Positions 11,359 to 24,984 of a stretch of 64,000 bases of DNA are shown in pieces (position 1 is the first letter of the stretch; every line of letters begins with the position of its first letter). The stretch is taken from assembly GCA_951406725.2 (NCBI GenBank), contig OX597832.1, forward strand, positions 39,866,001 to 39,930,000, written 5' to 3'. The notes under the pieces were generated by a model. The model had not been told where the DNA came from and did no database searches. It was given only the letters and a program-made list of their open reading frames with translations. This stretch comes from Octopus vulgaris. Taxonomy: Eukaryota. The position numbers and the translations under genes were made by a program.

Positions 11359-12213
11359 AATTATCCAAAACATAATCACACTGGCTTTATTGTGGAATGG
11401 CATGATCTGATGGTATTTACAACTCTAAATCTTGTGGTCCTTCACTTTGAGAGATATTCAGTGGATATATTGTATTTTCATACAGGCTTTCATATTTCCC
11501 AGTAGCTTCTAATGCAGATCTTTTTGTTATTGCTGCTAATATAGTTGGTCTTGTTGCTATTGTTGTTGTTGTTGTTGTTGGATCTCAGTTCGGCCTTTAT
11601 TGAGTAAACCTTTGTTGAAAGGAAATCCAGTTATAATTACTGAGTCATTTTAGAGGTTTACCAATGATTGCATTAGCTAATATAGCTAGGAAAAGCGCTA
11701 GGAAGTGCAGGACCCAATTAGAGAATTGTCAGTGGAGCCCTCTATGCTACAAAAGCTGAAGATTGATGTTGTATACTTCGTGATAGCATACCAGTCCCAG
11801 CCAAAAAGCATTGGGGCCTTGATGCTCCATCTTTAGCTGCAATGATATACTAAAATTTCATCATAATATCCTCCACTCAGGCATGTATGCAGGACCCTCT
11901 CTCGGCGTGAAACCCAGTTTGAATGAATATGTCTAATTGGTTTAAAACCAGCCCTGAATATGGCTTTCTCGTTTTTAAGACAGTAAGATGTGGCTCAAGG
12001 TGTGTTTATCTTTTATCTTTTACTAGTTTCAGTCATTAGACTGTGGTCATGCTGGGGCAGCATTTTGAAGAATATTTTGGTTGAAGGAATAAGTACTTGA
12101 GTCGATTCATTCGATTCCAGTACTTAATTTTTTTTTTTAACACTGGTACTTATTCAATTGGTCTTTGTCAAGTGGTGGTGGGGGACAAACATAGATGTAA
12201 AGATACACACACA

Positions 12214-12268
<55 letters not shown>

Positions 12269-12998
12269 GTAAAAAAAATACAAACTGGGACAAGAACGCA
12301 AAACATTTAGAAGATGATACAAAAAACATGGACGGGACATTCAAAGCCTTCAATCTTCAATCAAGAACCGGATCATCCTCGCAATTTCGGCTGATTAATC
12401 TTGAGATTGCTCCGACCTGGCCAGCCCCAAAGGAAAATCTAAGCCAAGTGCATTAGATTCCTTGGAAGAAAGCCTCGAATGTATACAAAACAAGGACGGG
12501 AAAACGGACGATGTTACACGACTAAGAATACAAAAATACGTAAAAACAATAATGATAATAATAATAACAAAAACAGGACGTCAATATATATACATATATA
12601 TATATATATATTCTGAATTCATCTAGAGTCCGTGGTTGAAGCCAATGGCGATTTTCTTGAATAAATTTATTCTTTAGTATTTCAAGATATTTTAATGTAA
12701 TTTTGGTAAATATATCTGTTAAAATGTGATGTCAGCGTTATTTTCATGTTTGCATAATTTAGATTGAAAGCTATAGTTTATTTTGCCTTGTCATTGTATA
12801 TCCTCCTATCTAGTTGTGGCCATCCTGTCAGGCTACAACAATCCTGTCTACCTGTGACCATCCTATCTAAATATGACCATCATGTCCAGCTGTGTCGTTC
12901 CTGTCTAAATTTAGTTATACTGTCCGACTGCAACCATCTTGTTTAGATGGGGCCATTCAATCCTATTCGAGTGCAACCATCTAATCTAGCTTTAGCCC

Positions 12999-13070
<72 letters not shown>

Positions 13071-13236
13071 ACTATGACCCTTATTGTCCTCAGAATTAGC
13101 TTCAAAAATACACATTGACCTCATTTTAAAGACAATAAAATGTTCTTGTGGGAAATTCACTTGCCACATCGACAACATTAAACAAATGCTGAAGGAAGTT
13201 CCCTCGTTTGATTCATCTTTTTCTTCTTCTTCTTGC

Positions 13237-13267
<31 letters not shown>

Positions 13268-13329
13268 GTTGATGTTGTTTAGCCCCAGGTTGACTGTGAC
13301 TGAGCAGGCCTTTGATCAGAAGTACCGAA

Positions 13330-13590
13330 TATAATAATATAATAATGAAATTATTGTATACAGTGCTCGGGTGCCCCACAACTTGTCAAAAGTGTGTATA
13401 AAGTATATGCAGTAATGTAGAAATGTCTGGGAAGCGAACAATGTATATGAGTCAGATACATGCTTGTGTTAGTATGGAGGGGAGGAGAAAGTCAGGTGTA
13501 GTGTTGGCGAATCTCAGGAAGCATGGAAGTTTTGAAGGATGCAGTGCTCCGACAACTAACAACTGACGCAGGCAGTTTGTTCCATGCTTG
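13330..13590 (-). mobile_element. 3' end of a CR1/L2-like LINE
   Basis: Minus strand AWNKLPASVVSCRSTASFKTSML...* fits the WNxLPxxVVxxxSxxxFK ORF2 C-terminal motif; followed by 3'UTR and an (ATT)-rich tail. Confidence 0.65.
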
Positions 13591-15489
13591 TTCCAAGACG
13601 TGTAGGTCTTTTAACCAAGTAGTTTCAGTAGTTGGTTCATAACCATAAGATCATAGGTTCAGTTCCTGGACCAGGCAACTCCACCCCAACAACTATCTCA
13701 TCCTGTATGAAAGACCAAAGGTAGGCAAGTGCTTTATCATTGTATTGGGTGAAAGAAAGACAAAACCAGATGTCCCTAGATGTCACCTTAATGGGATAAG
13801 TTGTTGTTGGTGCTGTTGGCGTTGCTGTTGTTGTTGTTGCTGTTAATCTATAATTCTTTTCCTGATTTCACTCATTAGACTGTGGCCATACTGGAGCACT
13901 GCCTTATATAGTCAGGTCAATTTTATCAATACTCATTATAGACTAGTGGTAGGCACAGGTGTGACTGTTGTTTAGAAGTTTGCCCCTCAGCCATGTGGTT
14001 TTAAGTTCAGTCTCACAGTGTGGCATCTTGGGCAAGTAAGTGCATTGTCAGCAGTGGTGGCAGTGGTGGTGGTGGTGGCAGAAGTTTGTTGGCAGGGTGT
14101 TTGGTAGGGGCTGGAAGCGGTGGTGATGTTACTGAGAAGTTATTGTTTATTGTATCCCAAGGACTGTGAGTGGTCATATGATCTATATCTCTCCCTACCT
14201 GCCAGCATATCTACCTCTCTATCTATTCAAATACAAAGATAGACAGACTGACAGCAGGATAGATAGAGAGACAGATAGAGAGAAAGGTAGATAGGTAGAT
14301 AGAAAGATAGATAGATGGATGGATAGATAGATGGATGGATAGATAGACAGATGGATGGATAGATAGATATGTTTCTTTATTAGCCACACAGGGCTGAACA
14401 CAGACAGGACAAATTACAAGGTAGAGCTTTTCTTTTGGGGAGAAAAAAAGGCAGGGTAGGTTTTCTATCAAAAGGGATCATAAAAAGGAAAGAAAAAAAA
14501 CGATCAATAGGGATCATGTATCACAGAAATGTCATTATATAAAGTTTAAAGGGGAAACAGATAAGGTTTATCCGTGGAAAGAAAAGCCTACAGAAAGGAC
14601 CACAGTAACCTTGGTCAATAATGTCACATGTTAACACATTTATTTGCATAGATAGATAGACAGATAGATAGATTGATAGCAGGCCTAAAATTTTGGGGGA
14701 GGGTGCTTGTCAATTACATTGACCCCAGTGCTTTGACTGGTACCTATTTCATTGACCCAGAAAGGATGAGAGGTAAAGTCAACCTTAGTGGAAATTGAAC
14801 TCAGAGCATAAAGATGAAATGTCGCTAAACATTTTGTCTAGCATGCTAACAATTTGGCAGAGCTTACTGCTTTCATGATGATGATGATGATGACGATGAT
14901 GATGATGACGACGATGATGGTGATGACGACGACGATGATGGTGATGATGATGATGATGATGATGATGATAAGAATGTGAAGGAGGAGGAAGAGGACAAAG
15001 AAGAAGAAGAAGGAGGAGGAGAAGAAGAAGAAGAGCGATGACAATAACAGCAAGAACAACAGAGACTTTAGAAGAAATCAATTAAACAAAAGGCCATCAG
15101 ACTGTCCATTTATTTAGTGCAATAGAATGGCACCATTGTGTTTTGTATTCCAAGATAGGTCATATAAATGCAGTTGTTCTCACCAGAACCATTATAAAAG
15201 ACCATTCTTATACAAGACGCAATCAATACAGGTAACACCGATTTCTGTTCTTTAATTTTCACTTCTCAATCTTTACCTAATTCCATATTGTTCTTTGTTT
15301 TTAAGTGTTTCGTAATTAAAAGATTTCCCTAATATTTTTCATTATTTTCTTAATATTTTTGATTGTTTGCTATTTTATTGAAATTATTTTTCTCACATAT
15401 TTCTTTTAATATTTTATTAATTTCCTAATAATTTGCACTATCTCCCCCTTCTTCGTTTTCCACGGTCAAGCTATCTCGTATTTAAGGGG

Positions 15490-15722
15490 TTTGTATAAAT
15501 CTATTTTTTGCACCTTCCTTCTTGAATTTCATGGGTCAAAGGTGCACACAACATCAATTACAGAGCACATGTGGTTCACCTTGTCCACCACCATAAGGTC
15601 AGGCTTATTGTACCCAAGCAACTGGTCTATTTACTTTGGGGAATCTCACAGGGTTTTGCAGGTCTCCAGCCTTGTATACCATGTCTTGCTTCCCTCTAGC
15701 CTCCACTTTTCACAGTGTCCAC
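15490..15722 (-). pseudogene. Dong/R4-like (R2-group) LINE fragment, restriction-like endonuclease domain
   Basis: Translation with stops: CEKWRLEGSKTWY..TCKTL*D..IDQLLGYNKPDLMVVDKVNHMCSVIDVVCTFD..RKVQKIDLY, matching the RLE PD..D motif. Confidence 0.7.
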
Positions 15723-15724
15723 TG

Positions 15725-16112
15725 TAGCACCGACTTTTCATCTGCCTACGTTCTGAGTTCAAATTTCATCAAGGTCGACTTTGCCTTTCATCCTTTTGAG
15801 GCCAATAAAATAAATACCAGTTGAGTACTGGAATCAATCTAAGCAACTTAGTCCCTCTCCCGAAATTTCTGATCTTGTGCCAAAATTTGAAAACATTATT
15901 ATTATGATTATAATTGAAGGTGTCAAGCTGGCAAAATTATTAGCACGCCAGGTAAAATGCTTAGTGTCATTTCATCCACCTTTACATTCTGAGTTCATAA
16001 TTCCACCAAGGTCATAATTCCACCTTTCATCCTTTCAGGGTCAATAAGATAAGTACCATTTGAGGATTGGGACCAATGTAATCAAGTTATCCTCTCCCAC
16101 AAAATTTGAAAC
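15725..16112 (+). mobile_element. Two tandem copies of SINE B2 (B head and body with an alternative tail ..CTTGTGCCAAAATTTGAAA(ATT)n)
   Basis: Body GAGTTCAAAT..GGTCGACTTTGCCTTTCATCC shared with B, different 3' end; further B2 copies at ~14680-14865, 41130-41310, 41335-41540 and 59190-59320 (minus). Confidence 0.7.
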
Positions 16113-16125
16113 CATCATCATCATC

Positions 16126-16158
<33 letters not shown>

Positions 16159-16585
16159 GAGTGAGAGAGCAGTGCATGCCATCAAAGTGACATTGGGGTA
16201 AAATATATGAACCCCAGTGTATGAAATTTATTTTCATTCGTATTTTTTATTTTCATCTTTATTTTCTATTTTATTTTTGTAATTTTTTATTTGAATTAAA
16301 TTATGGCTTGTACTGTAGTGTCCGGCGAACCTATTTTACACATACTTATTTGTTTAAAAAATTAAAATATAGTTTATAGTATCAAACTATGAGAAAGTGA
16401 TATAGAGGTCTGATGATTGGGGTCATATTTTAAGAATGGTTCCAGCAAAACACGGCGTGGTTAAGGAACCAGGAAATGTACCTCAAGAAACACGTGTAGC
16501 CAAGTTATAAAGTAGTAAGTATTGAGATTAAAATTCTTTTATATGGTGAGATGAAGGGGCCCACTATCTCTAAATGAAAATATAT

Positions 16586-16905
16586 CTGCTATAGCCCCAG
16601 GCCTACCAATGCCTTGTGAGTGGATTTGGTAGACGGAAACTGAAAGAAGCCTGTCGTATATATGTGTATATATATATATATATATGTATGTGTGTCTGTG
16701 TTTGTCCCCCTAGCATTGCTTGACAACCGATGCTGGTGTGTTTACGTCCCCGTCACTTAGCGGTTCGGCAAAAAGAGACCGATAGGATAAGTACTGGGCT
16801 TACAAAAAAAAAAGAATAAGTCCCGGGGTCGAGTTGCTCGACTAAAGGTGGTGCTCCAGCATCGCCTCAGTCAAATGACTGAAACAAGTAAAAGAGTAAA
16901 AGAGT
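16586..16905 (+). mobile_element. SINE family A, 5'-truncated
   Basis: Matches full copies at 37654 and 61079. Confidence 0.85.
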
Positions 16906-17437
16906 ATATATATATAATGGCAAAGGTCATTATGTCAAGGACACTGTATGAAGGTCACAGAGGTTATCAAGCAGTCAAATATACAGCCTGATAATTTACA
17001 TAATGGTACAAGGATGACAATTAGGCATTAATAGCTATATTACCAATATAGTGTGTGTTATCAGTAATAATCCATATGTTGGTTTACACTGGACAAATAA
17101 AACAGGATCACTCAATAGAGTATACATTTTTTAAAATATAAAACTGAAGCTGAGAGGTTGTCTCACAATCTGAGTTCACATTACTGTCATACAGTGGCAC
17201 CTTGGGCAAGTGTCTTCTGCTATAGCCTCAGGCCGATCAAAGCCTTATGATTGAATTTGGTTGGTGGAAGTTCCTCTTGTGTATGTCCAAGGGGGTGGTG
17301 AAACATTCCTGACTTTAAGGGTATTGCAAAAGGCCTGGTTGGAGGCACAACCTTCCGTGTTCTTTCACAGGTCTCAGAAAATCTGAAGGACTGCTGCAAT
17401 AAGTGTGTGAAACTGAGAGGGGAATATGTTGAATAAA

Positions 17438-17484
<47 letters not shown>

Positions 17485-18251
17485 CGGGAAGCTTTATGAA
17501 AATAAACAAAAGACGAAGGCAGGTGGAATACAAACAAACAATTGTATTAGTATGGCGCTCAGGAATATAAATAAAACAAGTCTTTTACGTTTTATATATA
17601 TATATATGTTCTTTATATTATTATATGATTGAATGCCACGTATCCTCTTCCAAGTAAGTTTTATCTTAATAACTCTGATGAGCACTCTATACAATCTTTT
17701 TACTCTTTCGTTTTTCTCCCTTTCTCTCTCTCTTATTCTTTTACCTCCTCTTCTCCCATTATTCTATCCTATTACTCTGTCACTCTCTCTCCCTCACTCC
17801 TCCTCCCTTGCTCACGTGGCTCCCATGTGACCATCAGTCATCTTTCTTTCTTTCTTACTCTCCATTGTAGCTGGAACAAGGAAGACATGTTCTTGTTTGT
17901 TTCCTGTCCTAGCTTGATTTATGCATTCGCCACCACAACCTCATTTAGGCTTAGCAGCCCTTCCTGTTTATTTTCACTATCCTGTTTGTGATACCAGTTT
18001 TGACCCTCTGCAAAATCCCAAATTTCATTTAATTTGCTCTGCTGGAGCAACTGTTTTATCAAAAGTGTATATTGCTGTGAAATTCTCGAAATACGAGAGT
18101 AGAAAAACAGCCAACAACTGATGAAGGGTCGTTCTTTATGTTGCTTGTTTTGTTTCCCATTTGTGTCTTTCGTTGTTTGAAAGAATAGTTCATGTTCCAT
18201 GTACTCGTGCTATTTTGTTGTTCACATTTCATGACATCCTGTGCCCACATA

Positions 18252-18292
<41 letters not shown>

Positions 18293-18390
18293 TCAATTAA
18301 TCAATTTAGGGTAGTAAAAAATTCGATAGAAATTTATCACTACCAGCGGCCCAGTGGAAAAGAAAAATAGTCATGAGACTAAAATGTAAA

Positions 18391-18605
18391 TATATAACAA
18401 TTTAGGAATGGCCTTTACAGGCCATTCGTCCACTAGACAGAGCAGCCATAACTCTAAAAACGCAGAAACGATGCATCGTCTAAAAGATGAATTAGGGTAA
18501 ATGTTTTTAATTTTTCACCTATTTCCGAATTATATTACTTTGCGGTTAGAGTTATGGCTGCTCTGTCTAGTGGACGAATGGCCTGTTAAGGCCATTCCTA
18601 AATTG

Positions 18606-18612
<7 letters not shown>
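18391..18612. repeat. Inverted repeat (arms ~18391-18464 and 18541-18612) inside (TA)n, possibly a Penelope-like remnant
   Basis: Arms are near-perfect reverse complements; each contains an internal hairpin GAATGGCC..GGCCATTC. Confidence 0.75.
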
Positions 18613-18672
<60 letters not shown>

Positions 18673-18729
18673 ATATATATATCAAAACAAATCAAAATAG
18701 ATGAACATCAATGGAATTTGTATCTTTGT

Positions 18730-19183
18730 GGTACCAGTGCCAGTGGCACACAAGAAAATCATCCGAACGTGGCCGTAGCCAGTACCGCATAGACTGGCCT
18801 CCGTGCTTGGGGGACGTAACAAACACCATCCGATCGTGGCCGTCCGCCAGCCTCATCTGGCACCTGTGTCGGTGGCACATAAAAACACCATCCGAGCGTG
18901 GCCGTCTGCCAGCCTCGTCTGGCACCTGTGTCGGTGGCACATAAAAACACCATCCGAGCGTGGCCGTTCGCCAGCCTCGTCTGGCACCTGTGTAGGTGGC
19001 ACATAAAATCACCCACTACACTCTCGGAGTGGTTGGCGTTAGGAAGGGCATCCAGCTGTAGAAACACTGCCAGATCTGACTGGCCTGGTGCAGCCTTCGG
19101 GCTCCCCAGACCCCAGTTGAACCGTCCAACCCATGCTAGCATGGAAAACGGACGCTAAATGATGATGATGATGATGATGATGA
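18730..19183 (+). mobile_element. Family C copy with internal ~60-bp tandem repeats
   Basis: Unit GTGGCACATAAAAACACCATCCGAGCGTGGCCGT..CCAGCCTCGTCTGGCACCTGTGTCG repeated 3-4 times, then the C tail and (GAT)n. Confidence 0.85.
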
Positions 19184-19205
19184 TATATATATATATATAT
19201 ATGTG

Positions 19206-19244
<39 letters not shown>

Positions 19245-19919
19245 ATATATATATGTGTGTGTGTGTATATATATATATATCTATATATATGTGTGTGTAT
19301 ATATATGTGTGTATATATATATGTGTGTGTATATATATGTGTATATATATATGTATATATATGTATATATATATGTGTATATATATATGTGTATATATAT
19401 ATGTGTGTGTGTGTATGTATATATATATATATAAACATACACCAAAAGATAGACAAATATGCAGATATATGCAGACACATATATATATATATGCTTGTGT
19501 ATGTGCACGTGTGTATGCATGCATGTATGTATGAGCACACGTGCATGGCTATGTGTGTTGCAACCTGTTGTTGTTATGACACATGTTGTTGGTATTGTTG
19601 CTATTGTTGTTGCTGCAGTTAAGGTCACCACACCTATTATGACAGCTGCAGTGATTACAGTTCCTATGTTCTCTCTACCAGTAAATATCACAATCACCCC
19701 CCTCTCTCTCTCTGTTTCTCTGTTTCTCCCCCTCACCTCTCTCTCTCTCTCTCTCTCTGTCTGCCATTGCTATCGGCAGAAGAATTCTCCAAGACAACAC
19801 ATTTTCTCTCTGGTATTTCTCAATCTTTAGAAGCATGTAAAGCTGTGCAATTCTGCATAAAACTGCATCATTAAGCATCTGCACTAAACTGCAGAATAAG
19901 GGCAATGGAGTGTCAGAGA

Positions 19920-19943
19920 TGGTGTTAGTAATGGTAACGGTGG

Positions 19944-19974
<31 letters not shown>

Positions 19975-20365
19975 GGTGGTGTTGGTGGTGGTAGTGGTGA
20001 AGGTGGTGTTGGTGATGTCGGCGGCAGCAGTGGTTGTGGTTTTGGCAATGGTGGCAGTGGTAGTGGCAGTAGTGGTGGTGGTGGTGGTGATCGCGGCGGC
20101 GGTGGTGGTGGTGGTGGTGGCGGTGGTGGTGGTGGTGGTGGTGGTAATGGTGGTGATAATGACGTTGGTGTTGGTGACTGTAGTAGCGGCGGTGGTTTTG
20201 TAGTATTACTTTTACCGACCTCCACCGCCTGTGCTGCAATAGCCAACGACAACACCACAACTACAACCGCCATCACCACCAACATAACCACTGTAATCAC
20301 CATCACCATCACCATTAACACAGCTATCACTGCTACCATCACCACCACCAATGCTATGACCATCA
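19920..20365. repeat. (GGT)n followed by (ACC)n trinucleotide arrays
   Basis: Direct inspection. Confidence 0.9.
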
Positions 20366-20439
20366 CATGATCACTATATTTATATATAAATAGATAGAGA
20401 GATAGATCTATAGTCATTCATCTGTACATATATATGCTG

Positions 20440-20770
20440 GACCCCCTTCGGTCATGACTGACCATGGGATTGCACCTAGAAAGTTACCCTCCCAAGCATG
20501 AGTCCAGGCAAGGTTGTTTATGGAAGACCAGTAGTCGCCCATGCATACCGGCTTCCCCTCTCCACGCCACCAGTGTTATCCAAGGGAAAGGCAAAGGGGT
20601 CGATACAGCTTGGAACCAGTGACGTCCAACTCATTTCTACAGCTGGGTGAACTGGAGAAAACATGAAATAAAGTGTCTTGCTCAAGAACACAACACGCAG
20701 CCTGGTCCAGGATTCAAACTCACAACTTATCTATCATAAACTCGACGCTCTAACCACTGAGCCATGCACC
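20440..20770 (-). mobile_element. tRNA-headed SINE with an RTE-like body and tail (Ceph-SINE-like)
   Basis: Head TGGCTCAGTGGTTAGAGCG..GAGTTTGAATCC (A/B boxes), TTCTTGAGCAAGACAC core, body TGGTTCCAAGCTGTATCG..CCTTTGCCTTTCCCTTGGA, tail CCATGGTCAGTCATGACCGAAGGGGGTC. Confidence 0.65.
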
Positions 20771-20772
20771 TT

Positions 20773-20804
<32 letters not shown>

Positions 20805-21839
20805 GAGAGAGAGAGAGGGAGGGAGAGAGAAATGAGTTGCATCATCGCTGGTCGCAAGTGGTATTGGCCTTTGCCTTTCCCTTGGACAACATCTGCTATC
20901 CAAATGGCAGGATCTACGTAGACACATATTTCTTTGACTGTACTCTTCCGAAGATAAGCAATTCTGCCTGAAATATGTAAAGGTTTTTCAACTTTCATCT
21001 CTGCATTGTTAGCTTTCCTCTTTTCATTTATTATTCAACTCCTGTACTACAATGCTTCAAGCAAACTACAACACTCTTATATATATATATTTATCACCAC
21101 AGAGAAATGAACCTTCATCAGTTGTCAGCTGTCTGTCTGCTTTTCATTTCAAGCATTCAATGACAATATGAGTCTTCAAAGACAGTTGTTCCCATAAATT
21201 CTAAAATAAAATTTAGGATTTATGGAGGGTCACAGTTGAGAACGAAAACAGGATGGTGGAAATATAGAAGGAAACTGAATGAAAACAAACATGGTGGGTC
21301 ATTAGACCAGAACACGAGGAAAATAGTGAGCGCTGGGAGAAATATTTTCTTTGAAAAGAGAAAAGATAGAAGTGAGAGAAAAAAAACGTCCAGTCCTTGG
21401 AATGTCCATGCAGGAAAAGAAAGATGGTCACCTGCATATATGAGTTCCTATACAGATATATCTATATATTCGTTCATATGTGTGCATATGCGTGTGCATA
21501 TGCGTGTGCATCTAGTTCTTCTTCCTTTTTATATATCTTAGAAGGCTCCAACGAAAGGAATTTTTGAAATACAGAAGTCAGTCATTTTACTACAGGTGTC
21601 AAGAACTCAACTGTCAGTTGAACACATTTTGAAATCTGATGATTACTATGAACGTATGAAAGTCCTAATTGAACTTTATGAACATTACAAAAATATTTTT
21701 TTAATGTTTAACACACTTCAGCATTGTAAAAAAATTTTTTTTAAATAGAATAATGAAAAATGTAAAAACCAGACCATGTTTTAACTTTATTCAACTAGTG
21801 TGTGTGTGTGTGTGTGTGTGTGTTTATGTATGTATGTAT

Positions 21840-22050
21840 GTGTGTCTGTGTTTGTTGTCCACCCCGTCATTGCTTGACAATCGATGCTGGTGAGCTTATG
21901 TCCCCGTAACTTAGTGGTTCAGCAAAAGAGAGACCGATAGAATAAGTACTAAGATTACAAAGAATGTCCTGGGATCGATTTCTTCAACTAAAACCCTTTG
22001 AGGCAGTGCTCCAGCATGGCCGCAGTCAAATGACTGAAACAAGTAAAAGA
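21840..22050 (+). mobile_element. SINE A, 3' half
   Basis: Ends GGCAGTGCTCCAGCATGGCCGCAGTCAAATGACTGAAACAAGTAAAAGA. Confidence 0.8.
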
Positions 22051-22192
22051 AAAAAGGGAATGTATATGTATGTTTGTGCATGTGTGTGTGTGTGCACATG
22101 CGTGTGTGTGTATGTGCGTGTGTTTGTGCGTGTGTGCACATGCATGTGTGTGTGTTTATGCATGTGTGCTCATGCGTGTGTGTATATATATA

Positions 22193-22438
22193 TCATCATC
22201 ATCATCATCGTTTAACATCCTTTTTCCATGCTAGCTTGGGTTGGACGGTCCGACCAGGGTCTGGGAAGCCAGGAGGCTGCACCAGGCTCCAGTCTGATCT
22301 GGCAGTGTTTCTACAGCTGGATGCCCTTCCTAATGCCAACCACTCCCTGAGTGTAGTGGGTGCTTTTTACGTGCGACCGGCACAGGTGCCAGGCGAGGCT
22401 GGCAACGACCACGATCGGTTGGTGCTTTTTACGTGCCA
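22193..22438 (-). mobile_element. Family C copy
   Basis: Reverse complement of the C consensus with (CAT)n on the left. Confidence 0.85.
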
Positions 22439-23646
22439 TATATATATATATATATATATTCATACATATATAACCTATTAAAAGTTATATATACTGTTTT
22501 TGTTATATTTGGAAATATAGAACATTCTAGACAGAAAATCCAAAAATAACCAAAATATTACTTAAAAGAAAACCTCTGAATAAGAATAATAGTTGGAAAA
22601 TGTTTGTCTGGGATGTCAGTGTGGCCTAAAATTAGCGAGATTTAATTGAATGTGGTGACTAATTAGCAGCTATGTAGAAAATGGCAACAACTAATTTGAG
22701 CTCACAGCTAAATCTCTAAGTAGAAAATAAATGAATAAATAAATAAATACATATATGTATATATGTATGTGTATATATATATATATACACATATATATTT
22801 ATGTGTGTGTGTATAATTATACATAATTTTGATAACAACTTGTTTTGTCTAGGCACAAGGCCAAATTTGAATTTTTTAATGTTTGAATGGGTGAAAGAGT
22901 GGGGCGGGGGGTTTATTAATTAATCAAACCTTTTCTACCCCCTCTATAGAACTGGCATTGCTTTTCTTGAAGCATTTCATTCCATGCGTTCAGTTTGGTG
23001 TGCGTGTGTGTGGATGGGGCTGGGTACACGTATATGCATTCTGGGTATGTCATTAAACTGCATCCGACAGTGGGGCCCTGGGTCGGACGTTCCGGGGTTT
23101 TTGAGCAGTGTGGAACTACCTCTTAATTGCTTACCATTGTTCCCAGTTCTATTCAGATTCAGAATAGTAGCACATATCAGGGTCCCAGCAACGGGTTAAT
23201 TAGCAAATTAGGGCTTGCTGGCCTACCAACGTATGTGAAAATTGATTCCAGTGGGACTCTGTAGGAGAAACTTTGGTGCTTCAATGAAGGGGAAGGTAGC
23301 CACAACATACTATAGAGTACAGAGAACATGGTGAGGCCAATAAGAAGTCTTGGTCATCCACGACATGTGTCCCTCTCTGGTCATCTTCACTTGGTTTTGC
23401 CAGTGGCGCAGGAGTGGCTGTGAGGTATATAATTGATTCGTCCCCTTGCTTCAAATTTAAGGCCTTTTGCCTATTTTGGAAAAATTTTTTATTATTAAAC
23501 TGGTATTAGGAAGGGCATTTGTATTTGGGAGGACATCCAGCCAAGAAACTATGTCAAAGCAAAAGATAAAGCTTGGCGCAGACCTCTGGTTTGCCAACTC
23601 CTGTCAAAATCGTCCAACCCATGCCAGCATGGAAAACAGATGTTAA

Positions 23647-23847
23647 ATGATGGTGAGGATAACAATGACAATGATGATGATGATGGTGATGATAATAAGG
23701 ATGATGATGACGATGATCATAATGATCAAGATAATGATAACAATGATGATGACGATGACGACAACAATGACGACGATGATAATGATGATGACGATGATGA
23801 TGGTGATGATGATGATGATGATGATGATGACGATGATGATGATGACG

Positions 23848-23879
<32 letters not shown>

Positions 23880-24408
23880 GATGACGGTGATCATGACGAT
23901 GATCATGATGATCATGATAATGATGACAATGATGATGATGGTGATAACGATGCTGCTGCTGCTGCTGATGATGATGATGACAATGATGATGATGACAATG
24001 ATGATGATGATGACAAGGACTATGGTGATGATGGAGATGATTGTGATAATGATGACGATCATGATGATAATTGTGACAATGATGTTGGTGATGATGACTG
24101 AGGATGATGACGATGATTATTATGATAACAATGATGATGATGATGATGATGACGATGAAGATGATGATGATGATCATGATGATTATGATGATGACGAAGA
24201 TGATGATGATGACAAAGATGATGATGACGATGATGGTGATAATCATGATGATGATGACACAGATGATGATGATGACAACGACGATGATGGTGATAATGAT
24301 GATGATGATGATGATGATGATAATGATGATGACGATGATGAGGATGATGACGACGCATATGATGATGATGACAATGACAATGATGATGATAATCATGATG
24401 ATGATGTT
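23647..24408. repeat. Degenerate (GAT)n array continuing from a family C tail
   Basis: Directly follows CCATGCCAGCATGGAAAACAGATGTTAAA. Confidence 0.95.
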
Positions 24409-24984
24409 GAAATTTGTCATTTGAATTTATAAATTGTGTTTTTAGATTCATTTGTCTCCCAATTCCAACAAAAACATGTTTGTTTATTTGTTCTACTCCA
24501 GGCCTTCAACTAACTTCCACTCTGTGGGTTGTAGGTTAAGAAGCAAAAAAACCCCAAAAAAACTGGGTTTTTTAATTTTTTTTTTTCCCCCAGCTTTAAT
24601 TTTGCACTTTATATATTTTCTAAATGCCAAAAGCCCAAAGAAGGCCTCGCTGCAAATGAGAGGTGTCACATGTTTCAATCGATCCAATGCAAAACAAAAT
24701 ATCATTGTACTGGAAAAATATTAACAGAGGCACGTGGAAGTTAACATTTAAGGAAAAGCATATAAAAAGAAAAAGACAAAACAAATTACAGAAATTACAA
24801 CTATTATTATTATTATTATTATTATTGTTATTGTTATTATTGTTATTTATTGTTATTGTTATTATTGTTATTATTATTTTCTTTTTCTACTTCAGAAGAT
24901 CAAAAGAATAATCTGAACAACCTCTCTTTCTCTCTTTCCTATCCTCAGTAACAACTAAACTAATATTCAGATTTTTTTGACAAA

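Noticed and set aside
12270-12585. Unique island in (TA)n, possibly a PLE pseudo-LTR with hammerhead traces on the minus strand
   Set aside because: No intact CUGANGA core and no consistent stems
18040-18135. Hammerhead-like pieces (GAAA, a good stem III with GUA, then CTGATGA) in a repeat also found inverted at ~21105-21240
   Set aside because: Stems I and II cannot be paired in any topology; may be a decayed PLE motif but is not supportable
18750-19010. Regularly spaced ~60-bp repeats that could look like a CRISPR array
   Set aside because: Whole units repeat with no unique spacers, no cas genes, eukaryotic retroelement context
22984-23425. Unique GC-balanced segment, possible coding exon
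   Set aside because: No recognisable peptide; the apparent donor at the end is a truncated SINE A head
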